Assembly (NCBI GenBank): GCA_965637545.1
Contig: OZ281495.1
Coordinates: 21,886,001-21,950,000, forward strand
DNA: 64,000 nucleotides
Source: Phallusia mammillata
Taxonomy: Eukaryota
Direction of reading: 5' to 3'
This document shows, one piece after another, positions 34,897 to 47,400 of the stretch. The number at the start of each line of letters is the position of its first letter. Within the stretch, counting starts at the first letter, position 1. A program made the translations under genes and the position numbers. The notes under the pieces are model-generated. The model ran no database searches, was not told the DNA's origin, and saw nothing but the letters and a program-made list of their open reading frames with translations.

Positions 34897-37800
34897 ATGC
34901 TTGGTGGCCAAGTTAAATCCATTGTTGCAAATCAGAATTGGGAATCCATTCCACTTGTGGTTGGTGGGCGAGACACTCCAGCTCCAAAGTTCAAGGACTT
35001 GATTGCATTTGAAGAATTGACAGATTATTCATTGGTATTAATACGTGTTGTTTTATTTGATTTATTAAAATTATTGGTTTCTCTATCTCATCTATCATCA
35101 ACATACCATCCATATGGTGAAATAAAAAAAGTATGACAAATTTTTACACTGCATGTTGTTTTGCAGAAAGAGATAAACTTGTCACCAAAATATTTAGGTT
35201 TTGTCGTTTACAAAAACAGTTAATATGACACAATTTCCTTAAATCTAACAACAAGTTTTCCAATGTTCAGTTTTTGCCTGTTTTCAATTAAGCAACTCAT
35301 ATGTCATCCCAAAACACTAATTTGCACTAAAATTGTATTTTACAGGTGGGCGAGAAACAGGAAACAAAAGAAAAAGATATCACCACTTCGAAAAAACAAT
35401 CTGTTGCCAACAAGAAGAGAAAAAAGGATCGTCAAGCAAAGCAAAAAGCTTTAAAAAGAAAGCTATTTCTAAATGAATTGGAAAACAAAACTAAGTGTGA
35501 TGCAATATTGACATCAAACACCAATAAAAAACAAAAGTTGGTTGAAAATGTCCATGCTACCTGCAATAACAAACAAATTGTAGAAAATGTGTTGGAGCCA
35601 GTTGACACAGCAGCATGGAATTCCTTGTTTGTTCCTGAACCAATTCTGAAATCTTTATCAGAACTTGGATTTTCTAAACCAATGCCAATACAAGAACAGG
35701 TAAGTTTCTTTTTTAAACCTCTAAACATCTTATTTGTTCATGCAAAATACTGTGCTTATACAAGCAGCAACAAAGGGAAGCTACATCCTCAAGTTAGAAT
35801 CAGACAGAACTCGTTTATGGGCACTTTTGCAAATGCAATTTACTGAACTTGGTGTTTGGATATTTTGCTTTGTAGTATTTAATATGGTTAAGTTGACCAC
35901 TGTTTTAAGCAGTACTTTTGCACGATATGGACTGCATAAATAACATACAGCGCGCATTTTTTACTCAAAAAAAAATCTATTTCTTTTACATAGACTCTAC
36001 CTGTTGCTATTCGTGACAAGCGTGATATATTGGGGGCTGCTGAAACAGGCAGTGGGAAAACATTAGCCTTTGGTATTCCTCTGTTACATCACCTTATGGA
36101 GGACAAGGAAAGAAATCTCCTTCCCAGTACAGCAAAGGATCTTCCAGGAACTGTTGTATGTTGAGAAAATATGTTTAGGTTTGAAATTTTCTAATGTTGT
36201 TTTGTGTCATGTTGTGAATGTTAGGTAGAGGAACCATCCAGTGACTTTGAAGATGATGACCCGACTCCTGATGATGAAAAAAGTAACGACAATTCTGCTG
36301 CTAGAAAAGTTTTACCTGCATTGATATTGACTCCCACAAGAGAACTGGCCATTCAAGTAAAATTGTTGATTTTCACAAAAAACATTATGGCCACCTTTGT
36401 TTATCATGATAAAATAGGTGAAAAGTCATTTGATGAAAATTTCGAAGTACGCTGGTCTTTGGGTGGTGTCTGTTGTTGGTGGAATGGCTTCTCAAAAACA
36501 AACACGACTGCTCTCCAAAGGACCTGATGTGGTTGTTGCAACCCCAGGAAGACTCTGGGAACTGATGGACTCTGGTATTTGTAATCTTGATGACACTAAT
36601 TTGTTAATATTTCAGACATGGCGCTGTATAAAATTGAATCAAAAATTGACCTGAAACCAAAACTCATCTTGACAAGCAACTCTCAGAGGCAACTGGCACT
36701 TTGACTTCTGTGTGGTAGCAATTGTGAATCAGATCAATTTAAAATTTAGTTGCCAAGTTGGCCGAGTGGTAGAACCTTGTGATCATATCGGTTCTAATCT
36801 TATCTCGGTCGCTTGTGTTTCTAGTGATGGGACGAGTACCCGGTATTCGCTACTCGGTATCGATGGCATCGAACGATTTCAGTGGTATCGATACTCGTAC
36901 TCGGTATCGAAATATTTTGTCTCAGTTTTCGATACCAACGTGCGAGTACCGAAGACCGATTTACACCATAAGAATACGAGCAACTTTATGCCAATATCTG
37001 CTTCGGACAGCACAAAATTGGAAAAAAGTTCCGTCAGTTTACGCATATCTTTTTCGCTATCAAGTGGAGATCACATTTTTCGGCATGTGTGTGTGCATGC
37101 CTATACCCTGACCATGGCAGATAAATTAGCCAGTGATATACAACTAAGTACAACACTACACTTAAGTACTCGGTACTCGGTATCGAAGGTATATACATGT
37201 GGTACTCGTACTCGGTATCGGTACTCGCGTCAAAACCTGGTAACGTCCCATCACTATGTGTTTCCCTGAGCAAGAAACTTGAGCGACATTGCTCCAACTC
37301 ATTGGTTCCCAATGGGTTTAACTAAACTCAAGTCATCAACTGCATAAAACCGAAAAAATAAAAATAAAAATGGTCAACGGACTTGCAATACAAACAGGCA
37401 GCTCGACGGCAGAATCATTGTAAACATAACTCAATCAGGCGTTGCACGCCCACCGAGGATAAAAATATAACAACAACCAACCAAGTGTATGTAACAATTA
37501 CCTATTTTACAGGGCACCCATACTTAGCTCACTTGCACAAGCTACGTTATCTTGTGATTGACGAAGCCGACAGAATGTTGGAAAGGGGCCACTTCGAAGA
37601 CCTCACTCGGTTACTAGATGCTATTAAAAGGAGAGGTGCTGACAAGGTGTGTAAAGATGGTGTTGGAACAACTATGTTGACTGTAACATACTGTTTAACT
37701 GTTTATCCATACATTCAATCGTTTGACATTTTTGCTTAAAAATTATACTATGGACAGAAACGGCAAACCTACATATTTTCTGCGACCCTCACCACTGTAC

Positions 37801-40800
37801 ATCAAGGCCCAAGCCGAAAAAACGTGAAGGGGGTCAGTGAAGGTCCAACGAAGAGTGCTAAATTAGACAAACTGGTAAAGCGGATTGGCATGAGGCAGAA
37901 ACCACACGTCGTTGATCTTACCACGGTATGGAAAAAGCAGCATCCGGTCTTTTTCATATCGTTTTAGAGCGCAAAATTGAGTCATGTATGCTTTGATTTA
38001 CCTGAGAAAAACTGTTTTACTCCTAGAAATGATCAAGTCCAATTCCGATTTTATAAGAAATTCATTCCCCTAAGCTAAGAGGGTGAAAAATACGGACAAC
38101 AGATTTTCCAGTTTACAAAGATGCATGCCTTGGGACCGTTTTGTACGCCTTCTGCAAGTAACGGGACATATTTTAATGCGTTCGTAAGAACACCGGTTAT
38201 TGGACTGTGGGAGTCGACTTAATACAATCCGATTGTTTGCATCAATGGAGGCCAAATGCTACATTTTCAACTCTGCGACCCTAGTATAACGGAATAGCGA
38301 TTATAAAGTATATTTTACCTGAAGGTTGTCAATATGCTTTTGCCCCAGATTATCCAAAACTCGTGGTGTGTTGGACTTATTCCGCCTTTTAGGTTTTAGT
38401 GACATAATTTTAAAAATATTTTGTTTGAACTCAAACATTGGATGTTTTAAAATCTTAAGTTTTTTTTCGGTTGACTCTTACTGCAAATAATCTTCATGCG
38501 TTATATAAATGATTTATAGTATTTGCCGTTGCTATTTTACAGAACAAAGTAACTGCGGAAAAACTGTCGGAGGCAAAAATTATTTGCGATGTTTCCGAAA
38601 AAGATTTTTATCTTTACTACTTTCTAAAGTCGTACACAGGACGAACATTGGTAAGTCTTATGATATGACTTCCGTCAGGTGGGGACAAAGAGCTGTCGGG
38701 GGAGTCAAATCGTTTTTGTTTTGTTTAAAAGTGACCTTAATCAACTTGCTCGCCCACCGCTAGGTAGTGCTGTATAGTTTTCAGAATTCAAAAGTAACCA
38801 TTCATACTGTTTTATTGTACATAAAAAAAATTCATACTGTTTTATTACACATACTGTCAGCACACAGATGCTTATGGTTATCGGTGGTTGGCACCCCTTG
38901 TTTGCGTGCCAACCTTTTGAGGTGATTTTTTACACTGCGGCTAATGGATTGGCACGCGAGGTGATTTTTCATGGCACCTCAACCGGTTTGCGTGTTTATA
39001 TTAAAGTACCAATTTTGCATGTTACATTGCCCGTTTTCAGTTTTTTATCATGTCATTGTCTTAAAATCCACCTTGCACTCACAAGTCCGTCTGCTTTCTG
39101 CTTACTATTGATATCTGATGGCACAAACCACTATCACCCAAAAAAATGTAGGCACGCGAAGTCATTACTATTTGAAAATAACAAGTAAATTGGGACGCGT
39201 CTCCCAAAAGGTTGCCGACCCCTGTATTACATTGTTTGTTTTCGGTTCGTTACGATTTTGTACTTATATAAACGCAGCGTACACGTAGAGAGCTGTCTGC
39301 TTTCTAATTATTTTTCAAAACAGTTGGCACGAATAACCATTACTCAAAAAAGTGTTGGCACGACAATTACCACTGTGACTCAAATTTGCTCGCGGCGTTT
39401 GATATGTTGCCAAACCCTGATATATATTTTATGAGGATCTAAAAACAGTACTTTTTGTCAGATTTTTACGAACAGCATTGACTGCATCTTTCGCTTGTCC
39501 GGAATCCTTGAAGTTCTAGGATGTCGTCCGCTTCACATCCACGCAAAGATGCAGCAGCGTCAAAGATTAAAACATCTTGAACGTTTTCAGGCGGATAACA
39601 TGTCTGTGATGATCGCAAGTGATGTAGCAGCTCGAGGTGAGCAAATTTTGACGACTGGTTAGGTATTGACTAAATACGCTTTTTAATTTTGTCATTTAAG
39701 GGTTGTTTTTTTTGATTTACTTCCTTAAGCATACAAACAGAATGGAGTATAGGCCATTTTCTAGATTGGGCCACAGACTGACTGTGTTGGTTGAGAGAAA
39801 GTAAGGCGTGTTGCGTTACGACCAGAATACTCGCTGACCTCGAATATGAAATATTTTTTGCCGAACAAGTTATCATGCGTGTCGGAATGTGTATTTGCTT
39901 CGATATATTACACTGGGCAACAAAAAAATATTTTTTTATTGGTGTCTATAATTTTTTACTTGATTTTGACTATTTCCAGTGCCCTGATTTCAAAAATGCA
40001 ATCGGTTTATTTGTATCACGTCTAGTTTTCATGTTATGGTACATCCACGTTTGAAAAACAATCTATATGTATACGCTATAGTGAAACTGGTTTTGAGGAT
40101 TTTATTTGGAATTAACGTTTAATTGCAAGAACAAAATTTTGAATTTAATTTTAAATGTAACAGGTGGACACTCCTAACCAACAAAATTCAACATATAAAA
40201 CAAAAAAAATGTTTCAAATTTGTAAGTTTTTAGGTATATCGGGTATAGGCCTACACATTTACTTCTGTAACTTTCAGAAATGACTGGCAGCAATATCGTC
40301 CCGTTTAATTGACCAACAGCAGTTAGCCAGGACCACATTATTTAGACACGTCTCGTTTTACTGATATCCTGTTGGAACCTTTCAGCTTAATTCTCAGCAT
40401 TTATATCCCTTACGTTTTAAGGGAAGTGTAGCTTATTTTCGTACCGAATTTTTCAGATCGCTTAATAACTTAGTTATGTACTCTTTTCTAATAATTTCAG
40501 TCCCTTTCTACTGTTTTTGTTCATTACTGCAATATACCACTCAACATTAGGTAAGTGGAGCCCATTGCTTGCCCTAAACCCCCAAAGTCACATCGAAGTG
40601 TGCAAGATATGCACATTTGATACAAATCGTTTTTTTTTCTTTTTAGTTGTGTTGTATGGATATTCACCAGTAAGGTAGCATAAAACATCTTGTTAATTCA
40701 TGCAACACCTTATAGATGACCTAGCCACTATTAATTTTAGTTTTACCACCTTGCTTTACGAGTCTGAAAATCACTCCATAAAACACGTATAGTTTAAAGT

Positions 40801-43723
40801 TACCACTAGCCTGCACCAACCATTTTTAGGCAGAGCATTAGCATAGAACACATATTCATGCTATGAAACTGACTGCACTGTAGGAAATTGATGTGTATAA
40901 TGTAACAAAGCTTTAACAAACACATAAAAGCATGATTTTAATGTCATTGAATCAATATGGTCATAAATTTTGATTTTGTAGATAACTTAAAAAGTTGATC
41001 TGATTGAAGAAAACCGTAATGATTTTTGAAATCAGCACCCCAAAATTAGTCAATATCAGTTTTAACATTAAAGACACCAAAAATTGTGTTGGCCAGTGTT
41101 ATCAGTACATCTGTTTGGACGATTATAATAGCGGCATTCACCTTCGATTTTTTCGAAATCTTCTGCGCCACCGGCGGTGGAAAGTTGGACATCCACAAAT
41201 AGACCGTTCACCGTTTGTTTGTGGCAGCGAATCTTGCAAACGGCGACATGTAGGCCACTGGCAAGTCTGGTCGAAAAATTTCCCACGGCCATTGCAGAAT
41301 CTTTATATTTCTTCGAAAAATATATTGCTCTTATATGGTCATTCAAAAAATAGTGCGAAAAATGATTATTCAAACAGTTAAATGTACTGTGATATTAGGC
41401 ACACAATTAAAAACAAACTCGTTAGATGTTTTTTCTTACTACCGGTTTAACGAAAGCATCAATTTTAAATTTATTTGACCGCATCCGTAAGTACATGCCC
41501 AGCTTCATTTTTTTATGAGCGCTGTTGTTGAGTCAAAGTATCTATTATTTGTTTACTCAGGGCCAATTTTGTTTCGGCTTTCCAAGTCTTGCGCTAAAAC
41601 CAACGTTTCGTCAGGTCACACACAGTTTTCTAAATTTTATCAAAATATTCTCAAAAAGTCAGTTTTGCTGAGATGTTTTAACAGTTTCATGATCTAATCT
41701 TATCGTTTTTGCATTTTGAGGTATCACACAGCAGTTAAATGACGCAAAACTGGAGTTTTCGTTTTTGCTTAACTTGTTTTTTTTTTGTCAACAGGCCTGG
41801 ATATCCCAGATGTAAAGCACGTAATTCACTATCAAGTTCCACGAACTATGGAAACGTATATTCACAGGAGCGGTCGTTCGGCGCGGTCAGGTTTGACACA
41901 GGCATTGTTTTTGCCTCCCAGTTCGCTATCTGCCTTTGGGTTTTTATAAACCACGAACCCACATTTTAGAGTTGGGATAACAACTGCGTTTGCGCTAATC
42001 CTTGTTTGACCTTTTTAACAGTTATGTAAGGGATAACGAGCGCTCACCTATTTTTGAATATATGGTGATAGCTTTTTTTTATAAGAAGTAACAAAATCAC
42101 ATAAACCTTTATGTCACATTAATTGCAAATTGTTAAATACAATAGTCCATGTGATAGAGCAAAACGGTGTTTAGACAAAACGTCCACCAAACGCCAACCC
42201 TTATAAATGAATACAACAACCTGGGGGTTAAAGTATGTTCCAAAACACTGTAAATTTGTATCTTGCACTATTCGACTACACACTGTTTACCTCTTTACAA
42301 GCAACCTGATACAAATTCTCCGTTTTGTACAGGCAAAGATGGCTTAAGTTTGATGTTCGTGAGTGCAGAGGAGATGGTATTTTACAAGCGTGTGTGTAGA
42401 TCCCTGAAGAAGGACGACGGGATGCCCCTATTTCTCGTCAACCAAAATTACATGGCTGCTGTCCGCAAACGCGTCAACATTGCACGAGACATAGATAAAA
42501 TGTCGCACAAAATCAAAAAGGTCAGTCGGTGGCATCGCTGAATCACATGGTAGTTGCTGTCTAGCGTTTCACCTGCTGTAATTTTTGAGTTTCGGTCGCG
42601 GTTTCGGCGAAATTCAGAGCCACATAAGTTTAAGTGGTTTCAACTAAAAAAAATTCATCTGGTATATTTTGACATTGAAAGCGAAATTCAGTAAACGTTT
42701 TGACAATTACTCATGTCTTTTATCTGATTAAATGTGTTGTCATTTCATGAATAAAGATCCGTTCGCAGTGTTCTAAAAAAATATTGACAAAAATATCGGT
42801 TTAAGTTCGATATTCTTGTCTGTTGTCTTTTTAGCAAGTTTTTGCTTCTTTATCATGTGTGTAGAGCACATCTTGCATAATGAAATCAGTTCTACATATT
42901 TACAAGATAATTATACTATACTTTTCCATACATGTGCAGACAAATCTTCACAACGACTGGTTTATAAAGAACGCCGAGGCAATGGAAATGGCATTGGACG
43001 AAGACATGCTGATAAAAAATGACGATGACGATGAATTGAAACAAGTTATAAGTTCGAAAAAACAACAACTTGCTGCGTTGCTGAAGAAACCAATCTTTCC
43101 TAAAGGATTTTCAGGTATGATTTCACAGAGATTTTGTAACATACATAAATATACTTTTTCAAATTCATCATTGAATATACGTTGACCCAGAGTGACGCTG
43201 CTTTTCGGGCCTGGTTCGAATAAAACGGGCTTGGTTTGGTCATAACATCACACTCGGCATCATTTGTTTTGTAATTTCGGTTTGATATATCCAACTTTCG
43301 GTTGCGGGTCGGGTTTCGGGCTTGTACTTTCTGGTTTGGGCCTTAATTTCGGTCAGCTTACAACTCTGCATTGAGCCGCTGTAAATTCGTGCAGTGGTAC
43401 CCCCCAAAAAACGAACATATTATTGTACTAAGTTGCAGTACCAAATAAGGTTGTATACAGCATTTATGGATAAATTATTTGTCGAGTGTAATCGGCCTCA
43501 AAGTCTGTCTTCAATGGTTAAACTCGAGTTAGGCCCTATCAGTGTACCGTTTTCTACATTTTGTTAAAAAAGTAAACACAACCTCATTTGGACAAAACTA
43601 ACATGTGCTGATTTGTTTGCAGGAAAGTTTATCACACAGACTGGTGAGCTCTCGCTACCTGGTATTAAAACTGAAAACGTCTTTAACAACAGAAAAAAAG
43701 AGAGCAGAAAAAGAAGAAACTAA
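34897..43723 (+). CDS. DDX24: ATP-dependent DEAD-box RNA helicase DDX24 (Mak5 family), multi-exon
   Basis: N-terminal FEELTDYSL; Q motif GFSKPMPIQ; [12 protein letters not shown]; LTPTRELA; ATPGRLWEL; VIDEADRM (~37560); FSAT; ARGLDIP; [10 protein letters not shown]; C-terminal [19 protein letters not shown]...RKRRN*. Confidence 0.92.
36752..37370 (+). mobile_element. tRNA-derived SINE, copy B, split by a MITE (DDX24 intron)
   Basis: GCCAAGTTGGCCGAGTGG...GGTTCTAATCT head; body resumes after the MITE with CCTGAGCAAGAAACTTGAGCGACATTGC; A-rich AAAAAT-type tail near 37353-37370. Confidence 0.75.
36822..37256. mobile_element. hAT-type MITE inserted into the SINE
   Basis: 13-bp TIR TAGTGATGGGACG / CGTCCCATCACTA; perfect TSD TGTGTTTC; internal TACTCGGTATCG repeats. 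Confidence 0.92.
43188..43368. mobile_element. Degenerate hAT-type MITE in the last DDX24 intron
   Basis: Imperfect TIR CAGAGTGACGCTG / CAGCTTACAACTCTG; flanks CGTTGACC / CATTGAGC (6/8); CGGG-rich subterminal repeats. Confidence 0.5.
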
Positions 43724-44468
43724 AGGGCTCAAAATAAATCACTATCCTTTACGAAATCATTTGCGTGTTATATTTACCAGCATGAGAGTCAAACAGAATG
43801 GCTTTCTTGAGCCTGACAACTTCAGTACTAACGTTTGTAAGTTTCTATTTGACTTAAAACAGTATATTTCTAATTAAAAACACGTTAACTTTGCTTTTGT
43901 TTAAAATATTTAATTACACATTTTGATTGAGGTACAACCACATGGAATTTGTATGATTAAGGCGACCATAACATTTTCGGCAATGTGTGTGTATTCTGAA
44001 AGCACCAAGAGTTGTTCAAAGATTTATGTTGTGAAATGCAAATGAAAGTTAGCCTAGTTGTTATAAAAATGTTTTTCTTTATTCCGAAAACCCGGGTTTG
44101 GGCAAACCCAAAAATTCAATCATCAAAAACATCGATAACAATGTTTATTTGTCAAATAAATTCAAAAAAAGTATTTGTAAAGAAAAATAGGAAAAATTAT
44201 TTTGAAAATGTTGCAAATGCGAAATGTACCTGGATGCATTCTGGCTTAAATTCCGATGCAATATTACCATTGGTGGTAGTTTGACTGAGTCAAACTGCGC
44301 AAAACATCGAAAAAACAATAAATAAACACTGAAAAACAAACAAACAAAAATATGTTAATAAAATAAGCTACAAAAGTTGGAATGCACAGCGGCGTAGCTT
44401 AAATGACGAAAATTACAGTAGATTGACCACAAACACGACAAGAAAATGAACCCTATGCATAAGTTCTG

Positions 44469-47400
44469 TTAAGCCTTCGATCGGATAGAGATTTGATTTT
44501 TCAGTTCCAAATGCACAAACTGGTGGTTGGTGTACTTTACAACCGGTTTCATTGTTTTACAACGATGGTAGGCGACAAAACCGACAGCAGCGATGATAAG
44601 AAGACCGACAACAGCGATGCAGCTGGCGATAACTTTCGTATGTGTAGAGTGCTTTTCCGTTGTAACGTATTCCGCTTGCGTAAGTTGCACAGTGGCGTTT
44701 GGATTACCTCCCTGTGATTTTGCACTGCGTCCGACCGACATTACTATCATGTAACTTGCGAAATCATCTTCATGGACATCTCTGAAATACAAACACAAAT
44801 TAGCGAACAATACCAATGTGTGTTTTGATCAAACAATTTAGCACAAGGGCTAGATCTTATAGTATAACATCGATTTTGTAGTTTTGTGATACGATTTTAG
44901 TGGAATTATATGCTTTGTAAGTCTTACTCGAAAGTAACTGACGCTTGAATTTTAACACTCTTTGGATTTCGTTCGTTGCCTTGTGCAATGTGGCTGAAAC
45001 ACGGTAAGCGAACCATCGTCCTACAACAACAACAAAATCATCAAATAAGAATAACAGTACAAACAATAGCGGGTGTAAATTTCAAGTAGAGCAAATCGTT
45101 AATTTGTTTAATCGATTCATTAGTTTTAATTTAACGCCATTAGTTAGTGCCCAAAGTTTAATGGATTGAGCGGGTGTATTTTTTTGCTACTATTAATGAA
45201 AGCTATGAATGGATTCAAGGTTTTTATTGGTTTACAGCAAACAAACCCTAGAATATTTTTTGTACTTACGCGTCGCAAGAAATGTTTCCAGAAAAATATC
45301 GTGCTGAATTGCTCAGCAAACTTTTGAAGCATAGCATAGAAACGTTGTTGTTTGTATCAATCTGCAATGACACAAATGGTATTAAAACGTGTAAATTGTG
45401 TAAAACAAGATTTTCTCTGGACGTACCTTCATCCACCGAACAGATGCCATGAAATAAGGAACGTCGTAGTATCCCAAGTCCCCTGTGCAGTTTAGTGAAA
45501 CTCGAGATCCTACTTTTGCAGGAACGACGCTTTTCGTGCATTTTACAAGCACGCGTGAGAAAGACGAAGCCTCTGAAGAATTGAAATGTAACATTAAATT
45601 AACTTCTAACACGGTTAAATTGCTGACTCACGTTTCACGCAGACAGGATAATGTGTTACGTACTGCGTCTGCCCGTTGTGCGTCACGGCACAGGTGTAGA
45701 TTCCCGGATGTTCGTACGTGATTGTGTTAATATGCATCTGACAAAGAAAGTATAAAGGTTGAATCAAAACATTGTGTTTAGAGCAGGGGTGTCCAACTCG
45801 AACACACCGCCGTGCCAAATTTTGTTTTAGAATATACTCGCGTGCCACTGTTTGGTACTTTTTCCATACCATTTCTTAAACGTCCTAACGTGACGGGCTC
45901 AATTTATGATACTCCAAAAACTTTTTATTATGTTTATGCGACACAAGCTACAAATAGTTTGCAACGGGGCTTAAGTTTTGTCAAAAAACGAACAGTTTAA
46001 TTGGTGGGTTCGGTAACTTTACTAATTTTTACTCAAGTTAGAATAATCATCTGAATTTGCAAAAGCTGGTGTGCCATTTTCAAATGCTCTGCGTGCCACT
46101 TTTGGCACGCGTGCCACGTGTTGGACACCCCTGGTTTAGAGGCAAAATTTTGCTGTTATTGAAGATCCGTAATGTGTTCCATCTTTCAAACAACCGTGTG
46201 AGTAAATAATGTAAGAAATTGGACCAATTTTATCATTTTTTATGGCATGTTAAGGATGGTCTTTAATATTTTACAATGTAAAGTACTTAAAATATGTCCT
46301 CTAAAAGTCTAAAGTCCTCTAACACAATGGTTACCGAACTTTTTCATATTTTTTTCAAAACGGTCCCTTTGCCATTATTTCGAGGGCTCGCGGTCCTTAA
46401 GCCTCAATGTGTATTTCATAAAAACGGAAGTTGATTGCAGGATTTTAGCTAGTTATGCAAAATTGCGCATAACACTCATCCAAAGACATCACAAACAGGA
46501 CAAAAAACATTACGATTGTGCGCGAACAATTGCATTTTTGATAGTTGTCATTCAATAAAGGCCATTGTTTAGCAATGGAGACATTCGATTCTCAATTCTA
46601 CTTTGATTTAATCTTATTTAGTGGCACAAACTGACGCCAAATAAGATTATAGAATTACTTCAACTGCTTTGCGGTCCCCCCAAAATTGCCTCACGGACCC
46701 CTAAAGGACCGCGTTTGGGAACCGCTGCTCTAACATATCTTCTGCCTACCCGGGGTTTGTTGGAGTAAGCTGATTTTCGATAATTCTCGTTTCCAACTGC
46801 GGTGCAGTTTCGCAACCACGTAACATTTAATAAAGTTTGTGCGTGTGCAGAACTCCCTCCTTGCAGATCCACATCATCTCCTAGTAAACAAGAAATACTC
46901 AGGTTAAACTAATAAGTCTAATTTTACGGCATTGTAAAAAAATGTGTCTCTACCTGCACATTCCAGACTTATAGTTTTGCCGATGCTCGCTGAATTGAGT
47001 TGTTTTCGACCAAGGTTGCTTAATGCCTCTTCGCATGTTTGTTCTTGTAACGTGGTAGCGTTGACAAAAATTGGCTGAGCCCAGCACGTCGATGACGACT
47101 GTTAGATAGAAAAATAAGCTTATGTGTTGATTTTGGAAAAATGATAGGAAATAGGATTGAAAAACATTTGAATTGTGACTTAGTTTGTAACAAAATACAG
47201 TTGTCGGGTCTTGTTTAGAGGGAGGATCGTACATTGCAGTCTATGTATTTGTGTCTATGGCAAATTTTGCCTTGGTTCTAGTTTACTTTTTTTCGAAAAA
47301 TTTTTTTTTCTGTTGTTTTACAACAATAACTTTAAATTTGCTGTAAATTTTGATTCCGACCTTTAAAACAACAAGAAAGTGTCGTGGACTAGCTTTTTCA

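Noticed and set aside
36712-37269. 185-aa ORF in a DDX24 intron
   Set aside because: Spans a SINE head and a MITE; the TRYRYS-like repeats come from subterminal DNA repeats
38880-39420. hAT-like ends (GGTTGCCGACCCCTG, TTGCCAAACCCTG) and TGGCACG repeats in a DDX24 intron
   Set aside because: Probably MITE remnants, but no matching left TIR or TSD was found, so boundaries cannot be given
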